64,000 nt of DNA from the human T2T-CHM13v2.0 reference genome, Homo sapiens: the NCBI RefSeq assembly GCF_009914755.1, contig NC_060943.1; one strand, 5' to 3'. The notes beneath the pieces are model-generated. The model was not told where the DNA came from and made no database searches. It was given only the letters and a program-made list of their open reading frames with translations. A program made the position numbers and the translations under genes. This document shows, in pieces, positions 45,131-64,000 of this stretch (the stretch's first letter is position 1; the number at the start of each line of letters is the position of its first letter).

Positions 45131-47442
45131 GCCCTTTTTACTTACTCATTCTGATAAAGAACTGGTCTTTGCTCTTCAAACATCTCTCAACCATTTCTCT
45201 ACCCCACCTTCATTTTCCTTTCCTCCTCCTTTGGGCATCAAATTTTTGACAAAATGTTGGAAGCTCTGAAGACTAGAAACTGTGAACCTTAATGGTACAA
45301 CATTTGAAATGAGACAACTTCATTTATTTCCCAGCACTCCCCACCCCCAAGTTGAAATGGGTTGCAACCAAGCTATTTTAAGGACTGCTTATAAAGAAAG
45401 GAGCCACAGGCAGTAGTCTCACATTCAGATCTTTTTCTGGGAAGGGAGGGGAGAAGAGGAGGAATTTCATCTAATACAAATATCATTTGCATTTTAAAAG
45501 TCTATGTCTAATTGCTACTTACAGCTATAGTAAAAATTGATTTAATACACTCTAATTGTATGGTTTGAATATGTAATCAGAAATGCAAAGCTTGATGTCT
45601 TCGATTTTAATTTTCATAACTAAAACCTCTCCGTTCACATATTTCAGTAGTTTCTGGGCTGAAACACATTTTCTAATTAATGATCAAGATGTGTGCAATA
45701 GTTCAAGACCTTTTCAGGATTTGGACCACCCTGAATAATGCATTTTATTCCACATCATAATTATGCTTGTCCCTTTATTGAACTGGTCATTACCTTGGCC
45801 ATAGGGAGATATCCCCCAGAGAGTCAGTTCGTGAATTATTAAGTGGCCTAAGATTTGCATCATCCTGACAGGTTAAAGGGCCAAATTTACTTGACTATCA
45901 AACAGTTTTAGAAGATTAAAAAAAATTACAGTTTGCAACAACTGGAGCTGTACTCCCATGTTTTAATAAAAGCTCTTTCCTCAAGAACACAGTCTCAGAA
46001 CAGCACAAAAGTCACTGCATGACTCTGTAAGACGAAGGACAAGCCAGTAGGTACCTGACCTGTGAAATCCAAACTCTGGCCACCTCAACACTTTCCTGTT
46101 CAAGATCAGCCTTGGTCAACACTGTATGTCAAAGTACATAAGGTGTATCAGCAGCCACCAAAACTCAAAGCAAATGGTTCAACCAAAAATGGGAACCTTC
46201 TGGTTAACTGAGAAGCCTATAGGCGACTCTAACTTAAACTGCTTACGTGGTTTTAAAAAATAATAATAATGATATTTGCAAATCCAAGAAAAAATATTGT
46301 ATGGTTTTAATTGAACAAAACAAACTCAAAGAACCTTATACGGTTAAATAACACATTCGGTGCACCTATATAAATGATCAACTTTTGGGGGGTAAATAAT
46401 TTTTGACATTACTATCACCATGAGAATAGAGATATTGTCAGAAAAAAAAGTTAATGATCTTGAAATGGCCCCAAAGAGTTTTGAATGTCCTGTGTAGTGA
46501 ACCATTCAAGTCACCTGCACTTTTTCTTACCTTTGAGTTATTTTATAACTTTATAAATTGTTGGAAACTGGTAGTAATGAAAATGATTCCTTGCTATAGA
46601 TCTGCAAAGGAATTTTGTTTGGTGGAATGTAACTGATTATGGCCCTGTGGATATTCACCATTTTTGCACTTATTTCAGTATTCCTGGAAAAAAACAAAAA
46701 AACAAAAAAACCTCTTTATGTGCTTTTTTAAGTATTCAAGGAGCAACTCCTTCCCTTCAGGCAAAAGGTAACCTGCTTCAAGCCAGCTCTGTAAACCTCC
46801 GTCTGCCCCAGTCCAGAAGCTCCTTATCCTGAAGTGTTCTTACAGCTCTCAGCTCTGTTATGTTCCTTGGTTCACAACACTTTTTGATTCTTTCCATATA
46901 TTTCCTTATGTTTTGCTGTTACTTTAGTCTCCCCAAGTCAATTACGAAAGTCCATCCACCAACAAAGAAGTACTTCACATTGTCTTCAATACTCCTATGG
47001 CATTCTTTGAAAATAAACTCTCTTGTTGCTGTTGTGATCATTGTTAGGGGTATGAAATACAGAAAGTTTGTGTTTGCATTTTTCATATACCTTCCATCAA
47101 ATCAAGAGTTATCCTCCACCCCCAAGGTCAGCTATGGTTACTATGAAAATCATCATCGTTTAATTTATTTCAGCTCCTCTTCACCCACATGACCCCCAAT
47201 TCTGACTGCCACAAGGATTCTGTAGGAAAGCACCACGACACCCTAGAGAAGCAGAGAAAACAACAGATGTGGATATAGAACATTTGAAAAATATAAACTG
47301 ATATCTCTGTCAATTTCTGTACTTTTTCAACAGAAAAAAAGACACAATCTTTTCGAATGTTCACGGTATATTTACAAAGGTCATCATATCCTGAGCTACA
47401 AAATTTAAAAAAAAACCTAAATTAATGTCCAAAATAACAAAA

Positions 47443-47909
47443 TGAGGTGGGAGGCAGGACTCCACTCCAGAGGTGGGGCTCAGACGCAGGACCAGACTGA
47501 GGACAAAGTAAAACAGGGAAGAGGTGAAAGCACCTCTCCGTAAGACACGCCCACCAGTGTGCCATGTCAGTTTACCATTGCCATGGCAACGCCCAGAATT
47601 TACCATGCCTTTCTATGGCAACAACCCAGAAGTGCCACACTTTTTCTAGAAAATTCTGAATGACCTGCCCCTTAATTTGCATGTAATTAAAAGTAGGCGT
47701 AAATATGACTGCCAAACTGCCCCTGAGCTGCCACCTCCATGCACTGCCTAGCAGGCAGCACTGCTCTGCTAACCGTCATGAAGCACTAACACTACCGCCT
47801 CAGTAAAGCTGTTTCTTCCACCCCTGACTCACTCTTGAATTCTTTCCTGAGGGCAGCCACGAACCTTCCCACGATAAGCTCCAGCTTTGGGGCTCTCCTG
47901 CCCCACATA
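47443..47909 (+). mobile_element. LTR47-like solo LTR inside an old L1M ORF2 fragment (about 47240-48110)
   Basis: tgaggtgggaggcaggactc...gtttaccattgccatggcaac...ttaatttgcatgtaattaaaagt; homologous to 62045-62528. Confidence 0.7.
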
Positions 47910-48123
47910 GAAAGCACATACCCTTACCAGCACGGAAACAAAATAGCAAAGTGATCCAGTAAGCCCCCCAAAATTGAATACCTTGTAAACTGAAAATCAC
48001 TCTCTTGGTCAAACTAGAAATCAACAAAAATCACCACCTATAAATAGATGACAGCAAGAGTGATACATGTCAAATGTCAGAAAAAAAATAGCTGTCTAGA
48101 CTGAAAAATAAAGCCACAATATT

Positions 48124-49298
<1,175 letters not shown>

Positions 49299-49320
49299 AA
49301 TCATGACATTTTTAACACAT

Positions 49321-49366
49321 CACACACGCGCGCGCGCACACACACACACACACGCACGCACACACA
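49321..49366. repeat. Alternating purine-pyrimidine (CA)/(CG) tract
   Basis: cacacacgcgcgcgcgcacacacacacacacacgcacgcacacaca. Confidence 0.95.
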
Positions 49367-49491
49367 TTGTAGAGGACATCTGCTGTTTTGGCCCACCCAG
49401 GATCCAGGTCCCTTTCCTCTGGTCACAGGTCCTCTCTGGAGGACTGTGGGTCTCCAGGAGTTGGGTGAGACTCAGGTGAAGTCAATCGTGA

Positions 49492-49770
49492 TGTTAAGTT
49501 TTGAAGAGAAGGCAAGGGTTAAAGAAAGAGGAGAAAGAGAGAGAGGTGGCTCTACAACAATGCAGGTTTTATGTCCAGAACAAGATCTGTGGAGGTGGGG
49601 GACCAGCTTAATGCCAGAGCCCACTGCCAGTTACAGTCTGGGGTAATTTACAAGTCTGGCCAGGGAGAAGGGGGATCTGGACATTATGGCTTGCTGCCCA
49701 GGAGGATATTGATAAATTGTTGCTGTGATCAGGTGGTTTGGCCCTTTTTCTGGTGGGATGTTTTCCACGC
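49492..49770 (-). mobile_element. LTR18-like (ERVL) LTR fragment
   Basis: gaaggcaagggttaaagaaaga...gtgggggaccagcttaatgccagagccca. Confidence 0.7.
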
Positions 49771-49820
49771 CCGTCCTGGAAAACGAATTGTTTTAATGCC
49801 ATTTAAATTAGGATCAAAGA

Positions 49821-50425
<605 letters not shown>

Positions 50426-50429
50426 ACAG

Positions 50430-51737
<1,308 letters not shown>

Positions 51738-51749
51738 TACTAAGTGGGC

Positions 51750-53442
<1,693 letters not shown>

Positions 53443-54087
53443 TGAATTTTCCACAGAGATGTCCTTCTGCCCTTAGCTCTTCTGTGCAGGAGGTGAACAG
53501 GAATGAGCCCATTCACTCTGGAGGCATGTCTTTGCCACTGTCTGAGAACAAAAGCCAAGTCTGAAAGTTAAAGTCACAAATATAGAGGGAAAGTCACATA
53601 TCTGGACATTGTGTCTTAATGAAGATCAGCATTCAGGGAGCACTTGGAAACATTAAAACCTTTATTTTTTCATCCAGATATGTTACAATATGTTATAATA
53701 TGTTACAATCACATCATTCTCTTTATATATGTACACGTCTGTATATGATATATATGTCATAATCATATTGACCTATATGATATATATCATATATACACGC
53801 TTTCATAGCAAGACAAATGCTTAAGGACAAATTGGTTTTACTTATTTTTGTGAATTAAAATCCTACCACTAGACTTGCCTTTAGCACCCTAAGCCAAGTG
53901 GCTTATCAGTTATCAGTTAACACCAGTTACCAATCAGCAGGCACTTATGGAGTAGTGACTACGTGTTTATAACGCCCGCCTTTCTGTAAAGATGGGCATT
54001 TATTGCTTTGTGTTTCTTTAATTGATGTAATTAATCCCGGCTCATTGTTTCCAACCTATTCCTCTTCTTGGCCCAGCTGAGGAAGTA

Positions 54088-54485
<398 letters not shown>

Positions 54486-54586
54486 TACATGTCTTGACAT
54501 ATCTTCATTACCAGTTGACCTTTGGATTTTCACTCTAAAATGATTCTATCACAAAGAAAATCTTTAAGTTTGTAATGAATAATTTA

Positions 54587-54897
<311 letters not shown>

Positions 54898-55548
54898 TTA
54901 ATTAATCTTATATTAATTGAGAATTTGGGTGATAGTAGTCCATTGTAGCAAATACACTATTATTTAAGGAGTAAGGGTTAACTTTCTCATGAATCAAAAT
55001 AATTCAGTACAACCCCAGGAAGAAACAGATCTGTGTAAACTGCAGGGAAGACGATTGAGCCCAGGAGGGTACTTAGCTCAGTGCCATCACACAGGGGAGG
55101 TATAGACCCTCTGACACAGAGTTTTGCTGCTCTTTATTTCCAAAATCAGTCCTGGTCAAACTGCTCCATGCTCCTTGAGCCCAGAAAGTCACTTGGGCTC
55201 CCAAAGACAGCCAGGGCACTTTAGAATGCCGTAGCCCACAGGCCAGCCCATGGCTATCTGCATGCACCCAGAGAGCCCACCTAGAACCACTCAGGAAAAT
55301 GAACAGTAAGGGCATGGAGACAAGGCTTAGGGTTGTCTAAGAATCAGAGTGCAGCTTTGGAATACATGGGAACTGTCTCATGGCTCTGGCGCGGTTTGCT
55401 TACTCATTCCCATGGGAGGATTCCAGATGGTTAGTGTGTGTATCCCCAGCCCACATGGCCTCCCAGGCGAGGGTCATTTGCTCACCACATATACCACTTT
55501 TGCTGTATCCATATACCATCCTATTCTACCCAGAGGATTTTTACCCTC

Positions 55549-56308
55549 ACTGTGTGCTGGATCCAATTCCTACTGGATTGCAAGAATCAATTGTTAAAAT
55601 TTCAGAAAATGTGCAAGCTGTATTTTGTTTTGTTTTGTTTTGTTTTGTTTTAATTTTTGAGACAAGGTCTCACTCTGTCACCCACACTGGAGTGCAGTGG
55701 CGCAACCTCAGCTCACTGCAACCTCCACCTTCTGGGCTCTAGTTATTCTCCTACCTCAGCCTCCTGAGTAGCTGGGACTACAGGTGCATGCCACCATGCC
55801 TAGCTAATGTTTTGTATTTTGGTAGAGATGGGGTTTTGCTATGTTGCTCAGGCTGGTCTTGAGCTCCTGAGCTCAAGCAATCCACCCGCCTCAGCCTCCC
55901 AAAGTGCTGGGATTACAGGCATGAGCCATAGCACCTGGCCCATAAGCTGGTTTTTAAACGTAGTCATTATTAAAAAAAAAAAAAAGAGAGAGCTTATAAT
56001 TAAGTATTGTGTTAAAATATGAAGGTACTAAATACCTAAAGCATCATTCCTATTTTACTGTGTTCTACTCCCACATTTGCTCTGATGTTACTTACATCTG
56101 TTCTGCCCCTATGGTGGGAATACAATATAATGACGTGCTACTGTGCCCAACTCAGCTCCCTGTTCAGTGACCTCACGTCGGCAACCTGAAATTGGCCATG
56201 GTGGAAGAATTTACACCACAGAAAGCAGCAAATGTGACAAATCAGGGTTTCTTTTGTTTTGTTTTGTTTGTTCCAAGAAACTTTGTTACGCATTTCCCAA
56301 CGCACTGC
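55549..56308 (+). mobile_element. MER63 (hAT) split by AluJ (minus 55622-55941)
   Basis: tgtgtgctgga...ttgttaaaatttcag...ttcagtgacctcacgt...aaattggccatggtgg...gcactg. Confidence 0.75.
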
Positions 56309-56507
56309 CAGATATTGGCATATCCCTTGTGGGATATGTGGAGTGGGATGAATAGCAGTTAGTCTGGTGAATAGCAGGAGACCTTCCCAGCAGAGTGGAT
56401 GGTCTGCACAGACACTTGGAGGTAGCAAAAGGCATGAGCCAGGGCCAGCCTGAGACTGTTAAGAGGACCTGGGTACTGCCCAGGTGTCAAAGAAAATGAG
56501 GACCGAG

Positions 56508-58791
<2,284 letters not shown>

Positions 58792-59612
58792 TGATATCAC
58801 GACTGATCCATGCAGGATCACGGCTAATAAATGGCTCTAAAACAACCTGTGAAGACATAACCATTAAGTGTGCCAGGTACCAATCTGCAATTCCACATGC
58901 TGCACATACAGCTCTGAAGCGCACGCTCCCCACAAGCCCGCCGTGGCTTTCTCAGAGGATCGGGCATATGGAACCATAATGGAGCATAAATTTACAGCAA
59001 CAGAGATGGACGAGGGAGATTAAAGCTTCATCTGTAAGGACATACTGCATGGCAAAAAAAAAAAAAAGAAAAAAGAAAGAAAGAAAAAAGAAAACAACAG
59101 TTATTGTAGTTTCTGCTTTGTAGTATAATGAGAAACTCAGTCGCTTTTGATAGAGTGTGGGCTCCCTCTGCTGCTTGCAGGAGACACCAGGACTCCGGGC
59201 ATTTGGGGTTCCTTGGAGATCAGCGCAGAGGAGGTGGCCTGAAGTGGGAAGAGAAAGATGGGGCTGAGCGTTGCAGACGGACCGACTGGTTCTGCAGGCT
59301 CTGACCCTGTGGGCTTCTCAGAGTAATTATGCTGCTGCTGCACCAAGAAGCAAGAAATGGAAATAACAGAAAAACGCAAAGAAACTGTAAGATGCACTGG
59401 CCAGATCACCTGTGTGCACAGAGGAATGCATCACGGAAGCAATGCAGCCTGCCCAGAGCAGCTTCTCCTTCCCTCCCTCCCTCCCTTCCTGTTTAAATTT
59501 TTGCAGAGATGGGGTCTCGTTATGTTGCCCAGGCTGGTCTGGAACTCCTGGCTTAAAGCAATCCTCCCGCCTCAGCCTCTCGAGTAGCTGGGACTACAAG
59601 TGCAAGCCACTG

Positions 59613-59792
59613 CTCTTCCTTCCTTCCTTCCTTCCTTCTTTCCCTTCCTCCCTTCCTTTCTTCTCCTTTCGTCCCTCCCTCCCTTCCTTCCTTTTCCCTC
59701 CATCCCTGCCTCCCTCCTTCCCTCCCTTCCTACCTACCAACCTTCCTTCCTTCCTCCTTCCTTGTTTCCTCCCTCCTTCCCTCCCTCCCTCA
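59613..59792. repeat. (TTCC)n/(CCCT)n polypyrimidine tract next to a FLAM (59490-59612)
   Basis: Five consecutive TTCC at 59616-59635, then degenerate. Confidence 0.95.
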
Positions 59793-60165
59793 TTCATTTC
59801 CCAGTCACAAGGTAGGACTGCACTTCCCCACCCGCTTTGATGTTAGGCATAGTCACATGATTCACTTTGGCCAACACAATATAAAGAAAAATGATGGGTA
59901 TCATCTCTGGCTGGAAACTTAAAGGGACAGGTCGGGTGCGGTGGCTCATGGCTGTAATCCTAGCACTTTGGGAGGCCAAGGCGGGTGGATGACTTGAGGT
60001 CAGGAGTTCGAGACCAGCCTGGCCAACATGGTGAAACCCCATCTCTACTAAAAATACAAAAATTAGCTGGGTGCAGTGACACGTGCCTGTAATCCCAGCT
60101 ACTCAGGAGGCTGAGGCAGGAGAATCGCTTGAACCCAGGAGGCAGAGGATGCAGTGAGCTGAGAT

Positions 60166-61874
60166 TGAGAGGTGACAGCATGCTGGCAGTCCTCAGAGCC
60201 CTCGCTTGCTCTCGGAGCCTCCTCTGCCTGGGTTCCCACTTTGGCGGCACTTGAGGGGCCCTTCGGCCCGCCGCTGCACTGTGAGAGCCCCTTTCTGGGC
60301 TGGCCAAGGCCAGAGCCAGCTCCCTCAGTTTGCAGGGAGGTGTGGAGGGAGAGGCGCGAGCAGGAACCGGGGCTGCGCGCAGCGCTTGCGGGCCAGCTGG
60401 AGTTCTGGGTGGGCGTGGGCTTGGCGGGCCCCGCACTCGGAGCAGCCGGCCAGCCCTGCCGGCCCCGGGCAATGAGGGACTTAGCACCCGGGCCAGTGGC
60501 TGCGGAGGGTGTACTGGGTCCCCCAGCAGTGGCGGCCCACCGGCGCGGTGCTCGGGACCTGCAGTCTTAGCTGCCTTCCCACGGGGCAGGGCTCGGGACC
60601 TGCAGCCTGCCATGTCTGAGCCTCCCACCCCCTCCATGGGCTCCTGTGAGCCCGAGTCTCCCGGACGAGCACCACCCACTGCTCCAGGGCGCCCAGTCCC
60701 ATCGACCACCCAAGGGCTGAGGAATGTGAGCGCACAGCGCAGGACTGGCAGGCAGCTCCACCTGCAGCCCCGGTGAGGGATCCACTGGGTGAAGCCAGCT
60801 GGGCTCCTGAGTCTGGTGGGGACGTGGAGAGTCTTTATATCTAGCTCAGGGATTGTAAATACACCAATCAGCACCCTGTGTTTAGCTCAAGGTTTGTGAG
60901 TGCACCAATCGACACTCTGTATCTGGCTGCTCTGGTGAGGACGTGGAGAACTTTTATGTCTAGCTCAGGGATTGTAAATACACCAATCGGCACTCTGTAT
61001 CTAGCTCAAGGTTTGTAAACACACCAATCAGCACCCTGTGTTTAGCTCAAGGATTGTAAATACACCAATTGGCACTCTGTATCTAGCTCAAGGTTTGTAA
61101 ACACACCAATCAGCACCCTGTGTTTAGCTCAAGGATTGTAAATACACCAATCGGCACTCTGTATCTAGCTCAAGGTTTGTAAACACACCAATCAGCACCC
61201 TGTGTTTAGCTCAAGGTTTGTGAATGCACCAATCGACACTCTATATCTAGCTGCTCTGGTGGGGCCTTGGAGAACCTGTGTGTTGAAACTCTGTATCTAA
61301 CTAATCTGATGGGGACGTGGAGAACCTTTGTATCTAGCTCAGGGATTGTAAACGCACCAATCAGCGCCCTGACAAAACAGGCCAGTCAGCTCTACCAATC
61401 AGCAGGATGTGGGTGGGGCCAGATAAGAGAATAAAAGCAGGCTGCCCGAGCCAGCATTGGCAACCCGCTGGAGTCCCCTTCCACAGTGTGGAAGCTTTGT
61501 TCTTTTGCTCTTTGCAATAAATTTTGCTACTGCTCACTCTTTGGGTTCACGCTGCTTTTATGAGCTGTAACACTCACCGCGAAGATCTGCAGCTTCACTC
61601 CTGAGCCCGGCGAGACCACGAGCCCACGGGGAGGAATGAACAACTCCAGACTCACTGCCTTAAGAGCTGTAACACATACCGCAAAGGTCTGCAGCTTCAC
61701 TCCTGAGCCAGCGAGACCACAAACCCACCAGAAGGAAGAAACTCCGAACACATCTGAACATCAGAAGAGACAGACTCCAGACGCGCCACCTTAAGAGCTG
61801 TAACACTCACCGCGAGGGTCCGCGGCTTCATTCTTGAAGTCAGTGAGACCAAGAACCCACCAATTCCGGACACA
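60166..61874 (+). mobile_element. LTR12C (ERV9) solo LTR, full length, 1709 bp
   Basis: tgagaggtgacagc...ccaattccggacaca; perfect 4-bp TSD agat (60162-60165, 61875-61878). Confidence 0.95.
60840..61440 (+). promoter_or_regulatory. LTR12C U3 enhancer/promoter: 41-bp repeats with 11 CCAAT boxes, GT/GC box, GATA site and AATAAA TATA-like element
   Basis: CCAAT at 60864, 60905, 60983, 61024, 61065, 61106, 61147, 61188, 61229, 61357, 61395; agataa at 61421; aataaaa at 61430. Confidence 0.7.
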
Positions 61875-62044
61875 AGATCACACCACTGCACTCCAGCCTG
61901 GGTGACAGACAAGATTCCGTCTCCAATTAAAAAAAAAAAAAATTTAAAGGGACAGTGTGCAGTTCACTAGGTTATCTCTTCCCTGGTACTTGGTAGCATT
62001 GAGATGACAGCTGCTCTGTCAGCCTAGGTCTCAGAGTGAGAAAA

Positions 62045-62528
62045 TGAGGTAGGAGGCAGAACAGACTCCAGAGTCGGGGCTTGGACACCAGACCAGATTG
62101 AAGACTAGCTAAAACAGGGATGTGCTGGAAGCTCCTTTCCATAAGACACGTCCACCAGTGCGTCATGTCAGTTTACCATTTCCATGGCAACACCCAAAAG
62201 TTACTGCCCCTTTCCATGGCAATGACCCAACAACCTGGAAGTTACCACCCCTTTTCTAGAAATTTCTGCATAATCTGCCCCTTGATTTACATATAATTAA
62301 AAGTGAGTCTAAATGTGGCTGCAGCACTGCTTCTGAGCTGCTCCTCCAGGCACACTGCCTGTGGGGTGGTCCTGCTCCGCAAGGAACGGCCGCTCTGCTG
62401 CTGCTGCTGTGCATGAGTGCTTCAAGAGAAGTTGCTATCCGACACCACCAGCTTGTCCTGGAATTCTCTCCTGGGCAAAGCCAAGAAACCCTCCCAGGCT
62501 TAGCCCCAATTCTGGGGCCTGTCCTGCT
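62045..62528 (+). mobile_element. LTR47-like solo LTR
   Basis: Homologous to 47443-47909. Confidence 0.7.
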
Positions 62529-62561
62529 AAGGAAGAAGGGAGGGTGAAAGAAAGAAAGAAA

Positions 62562-63710
<1,149 letters not shown>

Positions 63711-63825
63711 CAGGTTCACAGAGCTCAGCCTTTCAGCTGGCTTCTTACCAGTCAATAAACCCACCCATACACTTGGAGTTCCTAATCAAATCTTTCTTGC
63801 TTTCTCCTTAAAAATGAACAGGTTA

Positions 63826-64000
63826 GGCCGGGCGTGGAGGCTCACACCTGTAATCCCCAGGACTTTGGGAGGCCAAGACGGGTGGATCACCTGAGGCCAG
63901 GAGTTCAAGACCAGCCTGGCCAATCCAGTGAAGCCCATCTCTACTAAAGATACAAAAATTAGCCGACTGTGGTGGTGCCCACCTGTTGTCCCAGCTACTG
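63826..64000 (+). mobile_element. AluS, cut by the window end
   Basis: Alu match. Confidence 0.9.

Larger units (their letters stand above)
59800..62044 (+). mobile_element. MLT1J-like LTR hosting an AluS (59931-60165 and 61879-61942), which in turn hosts LTR12C
   Basis: Alu TSD ttaaagggacag; Alu right arm continuous across the LTR12C. Confidence 0.75.

Noticed and set aside
59960-60874. 304-aa minus-strand ORF, the longest in the track
   Set aside because: Lies in the GC-rich LTR12C and runs into Alu; stop-poor by composition with no recognisable domain

Overview
Primate genomic DNA, most likely hominoid or human because it carries AluY and an ERV9 LTR12C. It appears intergenic or deep-intronic. 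I found no protein-coding exon, RNA gene, processed pseudogene or CRISPR array that I can support. The supplied ORFs are translations of Alu, LTR, L1 or simple-repeat sequence, or short chance ORFs. The window is dominated by transposable elements: about 70 Alu elements or fragments (roughly 30% of bases by eye), old L1/L2/MIR/HAL1-like fragments, MaLR LTRs (THE1, MST, MLT1), solo ERV LTRs (LTR12C, LTR22, two LTR47-like, LTR18-like, MER74-like), an ERV-L pol 3' remnant, and DNA transposons (MER44B, Tigger2a, MER63, MADE1), many of them nested. Family names come from my recall of consensus sequences and need RepeatMasker/Dfam confirmation; most boundaries are approximate unless a TSD is quoted. 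I do not see a demonstrably new biological system. The best leads are: (1) an 8-unit 46/47-bp VNTR inside an old LTR that creates an array of forkhead TTGTTTAC sites; (2) an intact solo LTR12C with 11 CCAAT boxes inserted in an Alu; (3) a ~365-bp locally templated insertion with a second templated patch at its junction; (4) motif modules in apparently unique DNA (RFX X-box plus CCAAT; ISRE plus HSE); (5) an ~800-bp AT island and a perfect 13-bp hairpin.
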